From Fibrobacteria bacterium (GTDB taxonomy: Bacteria > Fibrobacterota > Fibrobacteria > UBA11236), in contig JBGTHM010000126.1 in NCBI GenBank assembly GCA_041746255.1, positions 1-64,000 of the forward strand: a DNA stretch of 64,000 nucleotides, written 5' to 3'. Position 1 is the first letter of the stretch. Every line of letters starts with the position of its first letter. The notes below the pieces were generated by a model. It ran no database searches and was not told the origin of the DNA. It saw nothing but the letters and a program-made list of their open reading frames with translations. Made by a program: the position numbers and the translations under genes. This document shows positions 52,944 through 62,762 of the stretch, one piece after another.

Positions 52944-53552
52944 CTAGCGAGAGGTTAAAAATGTCATTCCGAAGGCTAGGCCAAGGACATCCCGCGCCCG
53001 TAAGCGGTCTTCCCGGAAATAGGCGGTTAAATAGGGGTCCAGAACCCCGATTTCCGCGTAAAAACCCGTACTTCCAGGCAGGACTGCCTTAAGGGGAAGC
53101 CGTCCTTCAATTCCCGTGAACAGCGAAAATCTTAATGCGGAGGGCCAATAATAATCCCGGAAGCGATCCTTTAGGAATAGCATGTACTGATCGCCTAACC
53201 CGATATTGGCGGTGAACCCAAGGTAAATGGGAGACGATAGCGAAGGAAAATCTTTTTGCAACCGCAGTGGATACAGCTGTTGCTTAAAGGCCAGTGTGTG
53301 AATGGAAATACCCCCCACAGATTCGGGAACGTAACCATACAGCAATTGTGTGACCACGGAACCCTTGTAATAGGTATAGCCCGCACCCAGCGCGACAAAG
53401 CCGATATTACCTGCGGTTTGCGCTGCAAATGTATTCGGTAACCAGCGAAGTTTTTCCACCTCCTGCCCTTTTGATTCCAAAGGAAAAAAAATTCCGAGTA
53501 GGGCCGAGAGTAGCCAGCCAAACCGGAAAATGAGGTGAAAAAACGGCTTCAG
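52944..53552 (-). CDS. Putative outer-membrane protein (Bacteroidota-like hypothetical)
   Basis: QTAGNIGFVALGAGY...YGYVP...YYWPSA; frame extends from TTG 53480 to CTG 53552, adding a signal peptide. Confidence 0.65.
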   Translation of the reverse strand: MKPFFHLIFRFGWLLSALLGIFFPLESKGQEVEKLRWLPNTFAAQTAGNIGFVALGAGYTYYKGSVVTQLLYGYVPESVGGISIHTLAFKQQLYPLRLQKDFPSLSSPIYLGFTANIGLGDQYMLFLKDRFRDYYWPSALRFSLFTGIEGRLPLKAVLPGSTGFYAEIGVLDPYLTAYFREDRLRARDVLGLAFGMTFLTSR

Positions 53553-54406
53553 AAGAACCGCCTTTCCACGCGCACCGAATCACCTCGAACATGTATCAGC
53601 GCGTAATTCCGGTCTCCGGCATCATCGACCACCAAATATCGAACGCCATCGGAATAAGGTTCTACCAGATAATAGGAATGGGCATGACCATGGATAGACA
53701 GGGAAACCGAATGCGACGCAAGCATGGTACGGAAGCGTAACTCATCCGCATCGGTGAATTGCTCTCCGAACGGAGCAATATGGGAAAAAATTATCCTTGA
53801 AGAAAATTCGTCCGCATCGGCTAATTCCGAATCCAGGAAGGAAAAATCAGGTACGCCGTTACCGAACTCCCAACGATTGGTGTTCATGACAATAATTTTT
53901 GTGCCTCCATAAACAAAACTGTAATCGTACGGGCCAAAAATTGCCCGATAAAGCTGCTTCCCATTGGCTATACCGTCATGATTTCCGACTACGGTGAGAA
54001 AAGGAATAGTTAATTTTTCCAGGCCATCCAGTAACCAGTCAAACTCTCTCCTCAATCCATATTGAGATAAATCCCCGGCCACCAGTACGAAGTGGATTCC
54101 GTCCCGGCTATTGATGTCGCGGACAATATCATGGACACCATTCAATTGCCTTCCCGGATCACCCATAACCGCAAAGGTGAAGCTATCCGAAATTGCGGGA
54201 GCCTGGGTATGTAACCGTTCGAGGTGTTTTTGCGTCAAATCGCGGCGCGATTCGGGACCATCGATTACATAGGGACTGAATTGCAGCCAATCGCAGGATA
54301 AAAACGCGAGAATTCCCAAAATGGAAAAGATACCGGTTACGACGGACGAAACGCAAGGTAAGGACTTCACGAAAAAATTTTCCAACCCAATGCGAAAAAG
54401 GTCCAA
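53549..54406 (-). CDS. Calcineurin-like metallophosphoesterase lipoprotein (start uncertain)
   Basis: Lipobox FLSC; MGD, AGD, GNHD, SH, HGHAH motifs. Confidence 0.85.
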   Translation of the reverse strand: MDLFRIGLENFFVKSLPCVSSVVTGIFSILGILAFLSCDWLQFSPYVIDGPESRRDLTQKHLERLHTQAPAISDSFTFAVMGDPGRQLNGVHDIVRDINSRDGIHFVLVAGDLSQYGLRREFDWLLDGLEKLTIPFLTVVGNHDGIANGKQLYRAIFGPYDYSFVYGGTKIIVMNTNRWEFGNGVPDFSFLDSELADADEFSSRIIFSHIAPFGEQFTDADELRFRTMLASHSVSLSIHGHAHSYYLVEPYSDGVRYLVVDDAGDRNYALIHVRGDSVRVERRFF

Positions 54407-54879
54407 GAGCTTAGCGGCGCGTCTCCCGTATAAAAGGAGGGAATTATTTTCCGACGGATCTCCAGGAAAAATCCGCTTCTCTCCACGCCCAATCCATATC
54501 CCACGACTAGGCCGCGCCAGGACATGTTTAAAGCCTCGTCGTTTCGATCCAGCTGTCGCGAATCAATCCAGGTTAGACCAGGTTCCAAAAAATTAAAAAG
54601 GGAGTAACCCATCGGTAATCCCAGATTGAAGCTGAATTGTGGCGACAGTTCAAAGACATTTTTTATCTTTGTGCTGCCGGCATCGGATTCGGATAAGGTC
54701 GAATAGCCGAAAATACCCGTATAGCTAAGTCCATGGTTATTTTTGGAACCGAAATGACAATACATATGATATCCAGACTCACTTGGGATGGATAGACCAA
54801 GCATAATTTTAACCGTTCCTGGAATCGAAGTAGGAAAGACCACAAGAATAAAAGCGAGTACCATCCTTCCATTTTTCAC
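54367..54879 (-). CDS. Hypothetical small outer-membrane beta-barrel protein
   Basis: Signal-like N-terminus, alternating strands, C-terminal ALGWKIFS. Confidence 0.5.
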   Translation of the reverse strand: MKNGRMVLAFILVVFPTSIPGTVKIMLGLSIPSESGYHMYCHFGSKNNHGLSYTGIFGYSTLSESDAGSTKIKNVFELSPQFSFNLGLPMGYSLFNFLEPGLTWIDSRQLDRNDEALNMSWRGLVVGYGLGVERSGFFLEIRRKIIPSFYTGDAPLSSWTFFALGWKIFS

Positions 54880-54952
54880 AATTCAGTATAAATTTTACGC
54901 ATCTTGAATCCAACTTCGAAAATTTTCCCAAATTGAACAGCGGATTTTCACT

Positions 54953-57124
54953 TTGCAAGTAAAAACTAAAATGCCGGGCGGAACGGAGGTCCTCAGGAAA
55001 ACTCCCATACGGGAAAAAATGCGGATGGTTGCGACCTACCTATTCGCGGTATTCCTTACCCATATCCTTCTCCGCTGCGCATTGTTATTCCGGAATGACG
55101 CCTTCGGACATCCATTCGTTTCCAAACCAGACTGGTATATTTTTCATGCAGTCGCCATAGATTTTCTTTGGATAGTGAATTACAGCCTTCCCTTCGTTGC
55201 CGTAATGCTGTTCCTTTCCCGATTTGAATTTCGGAAAACCTTAGCGATAGTTTTTGGAATCTTAATGTGTGGCCATTCCCTCCTTCTGCTATTGACCGTG
55301 GTGGACCATGAAGTAGCCCGTTATTGGGGTGTACACTTGGATGCCTCGCTTATAAAAACCTATGGCAATATGGCCGCCTTTCGTGAGTTGCAAACCATGA
55401 CCGGTTACGACGAGTCCGTCTCCGCCATTCCCTACCTGCTATTTTTCCTATGCGTTCCCTTTTCAATAATTCTTTTCCTCACCCTTCGGAACCGTTTTAG
55501 CTGGCCTGCCAAGCGGACGCAATTTAAAGTCGTCGCTGTAATTTTGATGGCATGGATTTCCTCATACGTTTTCCTTTACCATATTTGGGGAGGAGGTTTT
55601 CGACTACGAAAATTAAAACCTGTTATCGAAGTCCTCCGCGAATCTGCAAACCATAAATCCGTATTTAACCTCAATGATTCCGATTTGAATAAATTGAGCC
55701 TCGTTCACCAATCCCAATGGTTGCTGGAACAAGGGGATAGCTCCTTTGTTTTTCCATTTAAGGAATTCCCTTACTACCGCGAACCCTTGGCGCAAGCTTG
55801 TGACCGGTTGCGAAATTCGCCCGAATTGAATCCTCATCCCCCGCGGGAGTCGCTGGAACGACTTTGCGCTGATGGGCTATTACCCTCCCCCGAAGCGATT
55901 TCCACCGAGCGTCCAAATTTCGTCCTTATTGTCTTGGAATCTCATCGAGGCCTGTCATCCGGCTTTTTGCAGGCGGAAGGAGCATCGGCGGATGGAACTC
56001 CATTCCTGAATTCAATAGCCGGATCCGCAAAAGTATGGACACGGTATTCCACTTCCAGTTTACCAACCGTTTCCGCCTTGGTATCTATCCATAATTCCGT
56101 TCTGAGCCATCCGACCCGCTACATTTCGCATAATTTTAGAGGATTGCAATATAAGGCTTTCACCACCATACTCGCGGAATACGGGTACCGCACCCACTAT
56201 TTTTCCTCCTCCGACCCCTCCTGGGACAATCAGGTACCCCTACTGCGGAATTGGTATCAAGGCTTTACCTATGATAGACGCCGGGAGAACGACGCCGATA
56301 TGTTCGCTCATCTTGGTAGCTGGATGAAGGATAGTCTAAACACAAAGACACCCTTTATGCTCACGGCCGTAACCAAAACCAACCATTTCCCGTTCAATGA
56401 AGTGGCAGGAATGCCTCCCGGTAAGAATGAATCTTTGCAAACTAAGATGCTGGCGACCATGACGTATACGGAAAGCGCGGTCCGTGAATTTATGCTTTCC
56501 ATTAAAGATGAACCTTGGTATGCCAACACGGTTTTCGTTTTTGTCGGAGATCATGGATTCCCATTGGGTGAGCACGGTTCATCCAATTTGGGCCATGGCC
56601 TATACACCGAATCTACTTGGGTGCCCTTGGTTATTTACGGAAAACACCCAGCGGTTCGGGGCAGCGGAAAATATTCCACCCCCGCAAGCCACTTGGACTT
56701 GGGCCCTACCTTGCTGGATATAGCCGGCATCAAGGCCCCGAACCATTTTCTTGGGCATAGCTTATTGCGCATGCAGGGACTTGAACACAGCCTTAGCTAT
56801 ACCGCTCATGGATTTGAGGGAACTATGGAACTAGGTCGTTACCGTGTGCATGGTTCGGTTGGGCGTGAGCCCCGGGAGCTGGGACGGGAGGTTTTCGATA
56901 TGGTTGCGGATCGCGGCCAATTTAAAAACCTTTACCCCGAACACCCTCGCTTGTATGATTCATTAATGATTATCATGGACTCTAAAATTCGGTTGAACAC
57001 TTATTTGGTTGAAAATAACCGCCTATGGTCCGATACCATTTCACCAGCCCCCCCCAGCCCCGACCCGGCCTTAAGCCCTATAATTTCGATTATGAATCGA
57101 TTGTCGGCACTGTTGCCCAATTAG
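54953..57124 (+). CDS. LTA synthase / sulfatase-family membrane protein
   Basis: About 5 N-terminal TM helices; PNFVLIVLES, TNHFPF, FVGDHG, SHLDLGPTLLD. Confidence 0.85.
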   Translation: MQVKTKMPGGTEVLRKTPIREKMRMVATYLFAVFLTHILLRCALLFRNDAFGHPFVSKPDWYIFHAVAIDFLWIVNYSLPFVAVMLFLSRFEFRKTLAIVFGILMCGHSLLLLLTVVDHEVARYWGVHLDASLIKTYGNMAAFRELQTMTGYDESVSAIPYLLFFLCVPFSIILFLTLRNRFSWPAKRTQFKVVAVILMAWISSYVFLYHIWGGGFRLRKLKPVIEVLRESANHKSVFNLNDSDLNKLSLVHQSQWLLEQGDSSFVFPFKEFPYYREPLAQACDRLRNSPELNPHPPRESLERLCADGLLPSPEAISTERPNFVLIVLESHRGLSSGFLQAEGASADGTPFLNSIAGSAKVWTRYSTSSLPTVSALVSIHNSVLSHPTRYISHNFRGLQYKAFTTILAEYGYRTHYFSSSDPSWDNQVPLLRNWYQGFTYDRRRENDADMFAHLGSWMKDSLNTKTPFMLTAVTKTNHFPFNEVAGMPPGKNESLQTKMLATMTYTESAVREFMLSIKDEPWYANTVFVFVGDHGFPLGEHGSSNLGHGLYTESTWVPLVIYGKHPAVRGSGKYSTPASHLDLGPTLLDIAGIKAPNHFLGHSLLRMQGLEHSLSYTAHGFEGTMELGRYRVHGSVGREPRELGREVFDMVADRGQFKNLYPEHPRLYDSLMIIMDSKIRLNTYLVENNRLWSDTISPAPPSPDPALSPIISIMNRLSALLPN

Positions 57125-57361
57125 TCCCGTCACCGCCATCAGGATGAAATTGCCCAAATTGAGCAATTTAGTTGCCTGGAACAAACTGCGTTTTTGGATT
57201 AAGGGAGCGGGTGTGTTCCCCAAAGTATACAGCTAGTCGCGATTTTTGCGGGCAATACTTCCACTTTGGAGGTAGTTTTCGTGATGGTTCCATGGTTGAA
57301 AACGTTGTGCGAGGGAGTTTTTCCAATCCGTCCACCTTCAGGAGTTACTTAGGAGACGTTT

Positions 57362-59086
57362 ATGCAAATTTTTAAGGTTGGAATTTTGGCTACCCTACTT
57401 CTTTCGGGAGTTGGTTTCGGCCAGGGATTGCAGTTCAAGCAATTTTACAATTTCAATAAAGCCAGCTTCGTGAAGATGAAGGCCAAAACCATTTGGATGG
57501 ACGAAGTGCCGGGAATGCCGCAACATTTCTGGGTATTGGATCAATCAGGTTTCATTTATTCGTTATACCCGGAAAAACCGGTTACCGATCCTACCGTCAT
57601 CAACGACTACACTTCGGTAAAAATAGCAGATTTCAGCGAAAGGTGCTCGCAGGCCATCAGCGCGGAATGGGGCGCTTGGGGAATATCCTTCCATCCTGAT
57701 TTTCTGGTTAATAAAAAGTTTTACATCATATTCATCGATCCGAACGGAGGCCCCTGGAGCAATCGCACCGACAAGGCCTTGACCACCGTAGAGGAATGGG
57801 TCGCCAGCGGCGCGAAAAACGAAATCCTGAAAAAGAGCCGTACCATCTGGACCTACAACCATAAACATGCCTACGGCGTCGCCTCCATGGACTTCGGCTT
57901 GGACGGGTATCTCTATATCGCCAACTCCGACTATGGCGTCGACGGTCACGATATGAAAACCATGGGACGGAAAGTGCTCCGGATAGACGTCGATCGCAAG
58001 GATCCAGGCAAGGAATACGCCGTTCCGTCAGACAATCCCTTCGTGGGCCGAACCGACGGCACCCCCCCCGAAATCTGGTCCTCCGGTTTACGCAACGTCT
58101 GGGGCATCCACGCCCACAAATTAACCGGCGATATCCTGACGGCCGATATCGGCCAGGAGCAATGGGAAGAGCTCAATCTGATCAAAAAGGGCTCAAATGG
58201 TGGTTGGGCCGACGGCGGTAACGGAGAAACCTACCCGGCAGGCGGCCGTAATCACTACGGCGAAGGCTTCAGCGGACCCTGCCATCCCGGCAACACCAAG
58301 AATTGCAACCAGTTCGAGGAGCCGTTCTGGGCTTTTCCCAGATCCGCTCGCATTACGGATCCAAAAGGCGGAGCCCCTGTGGTCCTGAGCGCTCTCAACG
58401 ACAATTCAAATAATATCCGCCTCACTTGCATCATGGGCGGACGGACATTCGTGGGAAGCAAGGATTCGCCACTGTACGGCCAATATATTTTTGGCGACAC
58501 GCGCGAGAACAAACTTTTCGCAATCGCCTCCACGAAAAACCGCGCAACCTATAAATGGAATGGCAACAACCTCACCATCGAAGGAACCGGCCCCAAATAT
58601 CTGGGACAGTCCCAAGCCAAAATCGGCAACGAAGACATGGCGAATAACGATGGTCACGACGGAATCGTAAACCTGGGGATGGATTCCTACGGGTACCTCT
58701 ACGGCGTTTTCGTTTCATGGTACAAAGACACCAAATTCCACGAAATCTACCGCGTCGAGCATCCCGGTATGTTGCCGCGTCGCCCGGGATGCATGGATCC
58801 CGGCTACTCCGACTTCGACGCTAAAGCCGAAAGGCCCGTACCCTGCGTTGGCACCGTCGCGGCCCTTTCCGATGCAAATCGCCTATTGCGGCAAATGCCT
58901 TCGCAAATGCTCTACCCGGGCGCGAAGACCTTTAACGTCCCCGCAGGCGCTCGTTCAGTGGAGCTTTGGAATTTGAACGGCCGCATGGTGTGGAGCACGA
59001 TGGTTGCCAAATTGGACGTACCCCAGGTCATTTCCTTGCCATCCATGAGTGACAGCGAAGCTTTGCGGGCTATTATCCACAAATAG
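57362..59086 (+). CDS. Secreted PQQ-dependent glucose/sorbosone dehydrogenase-family beta-propeller
   Basis: FHPDF, FGLDGYLYI, KVLRIDVD, Y.VPSDNPF, EIWSSGLRN, DIGQ..WEELN..KG.N.GW. Confidence 0.85.
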   Translation: MQIFKVGILATLLLSGVGFGQGLQFKQFYNFNKASFVKMKAKTIWMDEVPGMPQHFWVLDQSGFIYSLYPEKPVTDPTVINDYTSVKIADFSERCSQAISAEWGAWGISFHPDFLVNKKFYIIFIDPNGGPWSNRTDKALTTVEEWVASGAKNEILKKSRTIWTYNHKHAYGVASMDFGLDGYLYIANSDYGVDGHDMKTMGRKVLRIDVDRKDPGKEYAVPSDNPFVGRTDGTPPEIWSSGLRNVWGIHAHKLTGDILTADIGQEQWEELNLIKKGSNGGWADGGNGETYPAGGRNHYGEGFSGPCHPGNTKNCNQFEEPFWAFPRSARITDPKGGAPVVLSALNDNSNNIRLTCIMGGRTFVGSKDSPLYGQYIFGDTRENKLFAIASTKNRATYKWNGNNLTIEGTGPKYLGQSQAKIGNEDMANNDGHDGIVNLGMDSYGYLYGVFVSWYKDTKFHEIYRVEHPGMLPRRPGCMDPGYSDFDAKAERPVPCVGTVAALSDANRLLRQMPSQMLYPGAKTFNVPAGARSVELWNLNGRMVWSTMVAKLDVPQVISLPSMSDSEALRAIIHK

Positions 59087-59155
59087 AGGCTTTGAATTGC
59101 CTTCGTAAATAAACCCCGGCCTACAGGAATCAACCAAATCGGATTCTTGCGGGCC

Positions 59156-61804
59156 TTACCACCCCATCAGCCGTAAAATCGGTATGCCGGCAACTCGGGA
59201 GGCGCCCAGGTTCACTTCGAATTCAAGGGCGAAATCTTCCTCGTTTTCCTGATAATCTCGCAACAATTGCCGCACACTCCAAAAGCCGGGATGAGCCACG
59301 CCTTCCACGGACTCCTTTTCAATCAAAGTATGGCGAAGCGACCGTCCTTCAGGATCCAGTCGGAACATTCCGTGGGTTTCGCGATAACCCTCCAGGCAGT
59401 CACGTAAACGGTCCTCGTTCCAGGCAAGCCCATCGCGGTCCGGTAGGGCGGCTCCCGCCACAGGGGGGCGGGTATCTCCCAACTCCGCCCCCGCCTCCTC
59501 AAGCCCCTCAGTAAGGGCGTCCAGGGCTCCCGAGAATTCACGCCGGGAAAGGGAGGCCAGAAAACCGAAAATCCTCGCCCGCACCGCAGCGGTAAAAGCC
59601 ACGGGATCTTGGGTGATATCCCGAGCGGCGGCACGTGCGGCTTCTTCCGCTCCCGGAGGCAAGAGCTCGAAATTTTCCGGGGGGCGATAATCGGGATCAC
59701 GCAATCTTTCCCATTCGTCGAGCAAAGTCGAATCCACCCGCCGAACCAGGTCTCCAAAGAACCTCTCCGTTTCACGCACGGCATCGGTTTTGGCGTTATC
59801 GGGAACCGTGTTCAATAATATCTTATACACTCCGTTCAGGTGCCGCAGCAAAAGCCCTTCGGACCGCTCCAGTCCATAGGTTTTGACATAGCCGGAAAAG
59901 GTGAAAAATCCTTCCAACATTTCCCGTGCAATGGATTTGGGACGGATGTTTTCATTGCCGACCCAAGGATGTTTATCTGCGAAATCATTGAAAGTTCCAT
60001 ATATGAATTCCCGCAGAGGTTTGGGATATTCCATTTCTTCCAATTGCGCCATACGCTCGTCGTATTCAACGCCCTGGGCCTTCATCTCGGTGACTTTCTC
60101 GGTTTTTAGCTTGTCCAGCTGTTTTCTCAGCACCTGGACAGGATCCTCGAGAATGGATTCCGCCAAAGTCAATACGTTCAAATGATAATCGTCGCTCTCT
60201 TTTTCTAATAACGGCAATGTTTCATGCAAATAGAGGGAGAGCGTTTGATCCATGGAGAAATTAAGCTGCAAGTCGACGTTGACACGCAGCCTTTTTTCCG
60301 CCTCACCCCTATCTTTCAAGGGAACGATTTCCACTATTTTCCGTTCCACCAGCGCCCTGAAAAGCTGGAAACTCCGTTTTTTATGGGCGATTTTCTCCTT
60401 GGTCGTATCATGACAACGGGCTATGAAATTCCGCATGGCGCGGCATCCGTCTCGATCGCGGGCCAGCACGTTCAAGAGCATGCCATGGGTAACCTGAAAG
60501 CGGGATTGCAAACGTTCCGGTTCGGCTTCGATTAGCCTTCGAAAGATCGATTCATCCCAAGGCACATAACCTCTATCGGGAGGCTTGCGTTTGACGAATT
60601 TTTTTCCGCTTTGCCCGCTCTTGGCGGCCAGTTTCAAGTTGTCCACCACATGCGCAGGCGCTTGGGCCAACACATAACCCTGATCGTCGAAGCCTTTTCT
60701 ACCGGCCCTTCCGGCAATCTGGTGAAAATCACGAACCGTGAGAATAGCGGTTTTGTCCCCGCTGTATTTGCATAACTGCGTGAAGAGCACCGTCCGTATC
60801 GGCACGTTCACCCCTACCCCCAGAGTATCGGTGCCGCATATTACTTTCAGCAACCCTTGCTGCGAAAGCTTCTCCACCAGAAACCGGTATTTGGGAAGCA
60901 ATCCGGCATGGTGCAAGCCAATCCCCTGACGCAACCAACGCTTGATATCGGGGCCGAAAGGACTGGAGAAGCGGAACCCATCTAAAGCCTGTCCGATGGC
61001 GATTTTTTCTTCCTTGCTGCAAAGGTCCAGGCTGGTGAAATTCTGCGCGTTCTTGGCGGCTTCAGCCTGCGTAAAATGCACCACGTAAACCGGTGCTTTT
61101 CCGTGGGTCACCAAGTTATGCACGGTTTCGGGTAAAGAAGTAGTCGCATAGGTGAAATCCAGGGGAACCGGTCTATCTTGCGATTTGACGGTGACGGATT
61201 CACGCCCGGTAAGCTCTTCCAATACGGTTTCGAAAAACCGGGTTTCCCCCAGCGTCGCCGACATCAGTAAAAATCGGGTTTGGGAAAGTGCGAGCAGGGG
61301 AATTTGCCAAGCCACGCCTCGATCGCGATCGGAATAATAATGGAATTCGTCCATCACCACGTCGCCGATACCGCAATCGGCGCCTTCGGACAAGGTGATA
61401 TTCATGAGGATTTCGGCCGTACAACAGAGTATGGGGGCGTCGCGATTGACAGTGGCATCGCCGGTGGAAAGACCGACATTCTCAGCGCCGAACTCCTTGC
61501 ACAATGCCATCCATTTTTCATTGACCAGCGCCTTGATGGGACAGGTATATACCGAGCGTCTGCCCTGCGCCAGGGCCTGGAAATGCAGCACCGAGGCCAC
61601 CAGCGACTTGCCCGATCCGGTAGGCGTGTTGAGGATGACGTTCTTCCCCTCGAACAGCTCCAAAATGGCGGCTTCTTGGGCGGGATAGATGGAAAATCCC
61701 CGCTCCAGACTCCATTCCACGAAGGCATCCAGCAAGGCCGCATTATCGAGGGGCATATTTTTGGGGAGTTGGGAAAGGATATCCTGGAAGGTGGTTCCGC
61801 TCAT
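59156..61804 (-). CDS. DExH-box RNA helicase with DUF3516-type C-terminus (Ski2/HelY-like)
   Basis: [45 protein letters not shown]. Confidence 0.92.
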   Translation of the reverse strand: MSGTTFQDILSQLPKNMPLDNAALLDAFVEWSLERGFSIYPAQEAAILELFEGKNVILNTPTGSGKSLVASVLHFQALAQGRRSVYTCPIKALVNEKWMALCKEFGAENVGLSTGDATVNRDAPILCCTAEILMNITLSEGADCGIGDVVMDEFHYYSDRDRGVAWQIPLLALSQTRFLLMSATLGETRFFETVLEELTGRESVTVKSQDRPVPLDFTYATTSLPETVHNLVTHGKAPVYVVHFTQAEAAKNAQNFTSLDLCSKEEKIAIGQALDGFRFSSPFGPDIKRWLRQGIGLHHAGLLPKYRFLVEKLSQQGLLKVICGTDTLGVGVNVPIRTVLFTQLCKYSGDKTAILTVRDFHQIAGRAGRKGFDDQGYVLAQAPAHVVDNLKLAAKSGQSGKKFVKRKPPDRGYVPWDESIFRRLIEAEPERLQSRFQVTHGMLLNVLARDRDGCRAMRNFIARCHDTTKEKIAHKKRSFQLFRALVERKIVEIVPLKDRGEAEKRLRVNVDLQLNFSMDQTLSLYLHETLPLLEKESDDYHLNVLTLAESILEDPVQVLRKQLDKLKTEKVTEMKAQGVEYDERMAQLEEMEYPKPLREFIYGTFNDFADKHPWVGNENIRPKSIAREMLEGFFTFSGYVKTYGLERSEGLLLRHLNGVYKILLNTVPDNAKTDAVRETERFFGDLVRRVDSTLLDEWERLRDPDYRPPENFELLPPGAEEAARAAARDITQDPVAFTAAVRARIFGFLASLSRREFSGALDALTEGLEEAGAELGDTRPPVAGAALPDRDGLAWNEDRLRDCLEGYRETHGMFRLDPEGRSLRHTLIEKESVEGVAHPGFWSVRQLLRDYQENEEDFALEFEVNLGASRVAGIPILRLMGW

Positions 61805-61927
61805 TCCCGGAAAGATACCACTTTCCGCTCCTTGTAAACCTTGCCAGTCAGACTTCTGAACCCCAGCCCAAATAGGGATTTTCTACCTTAGTGCCGTCAT
61901 TTTAAGTGAGAGAAAGGCCTGGGAAAC

Positions 61928-62674
61928 ATGACCATACAAAACGAAATCGATTTTCTGGCGTTGCGCAAGGTGGGAAAGGCTGTCGCGGTTACATTGGAAA
62001 CCATGAAAGCCTGCGTGAAACCCGGAATGACTACGGCCGAACTCGACGCAATTGGAAAATCCGTGCTCACAAGCCACGGAGCCCAATCCGCTCCCGTCAA
62101 GGATTACAATTTTCCCGGAACCACTTGCATCAGCATCAATCATGAAGCTGCGCATGGAATTCCCTCTCAACGCGTTATAAAAGCAGGCGATTTGATTAAC
62201 ATAGACGTTTCGGCGGAATTGGACGGCTATTACGCGGATACCGGCTTCACACTATTGGTGCAGGCTTCCAACCCAAAACTCCAACGCCTGCTCGATTGTT
62301 CCCAACGGGCCTTGCATAAGGGAATCTCTCAGGCCATCGACAACGCTAAACTCAATCAAATCGGCAAAGCCATCGAAAATGAAGCGCATCGACAAGGATT
62401 CACCACCATCCGGAATCTTGCCGGGCATGGCACGGGGCGTAAATTGCACGAAGCCCCTTCGGAGATTCTGAATTACTACGATGCCAAGCAAAAGGGTCGG
62501 TTGCGTAAGGGTATGGTAATTGCCATCGAAACCTTTGTCTCCAATGGGGCTACTTTCGTTGAAGCCGGCTATGATGATTGGACCTTATTGGCTCCCGACG
62601 GATGCTATGTCGCGCAATACGAGCATACCCTGGTGGTTACGGATGGAGAGCCGATAATCCTGACCCGTCCTTGA
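61928..62674 (+). CDS. map: Type I methionine aminopeptidase
   Basis: CISIN..AAHGIP, NIDVS, YADTG, GHGTG..LHE, AIETF, AQYEHT. Confidence 0.96.
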   Translation: MTIQNEIDFLALRKVGKAVAVTLETMKACVKPGMTTAELDAIGKSVLTSHGAQSAPVKDYNFPGTTCISINHEAAHGIPSQRVIKAGDLINIDVSAELDGYYADTGFTLLVQASNPKLQRLLDCSQRALHKGISQAIDNAKLNQIGKAIENEAHRQGFTTIRNLAGHGTGRKLHEAPSEILNYYDAKQKGRLRKGMVIAIETFVSNGATFVEAGYDDWTLLAPDGCYVAQYEHTLVVTDGEPIILTRP

Positions 62675-62762
62675 TATTTGGAAAGGATATCCTAGTCTGA
62701 ATTTCAACTCATTCCCGGAAGGATTCCATTTTCCGCTTATCTGACACCCTTCTATGGGCGAA

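Noticed and set aside
59156..61804. Anti-phage defence helicase
   Set aside because: A standalone DUF3516-type helicase among housekeeping genes, with no defence partner genes.
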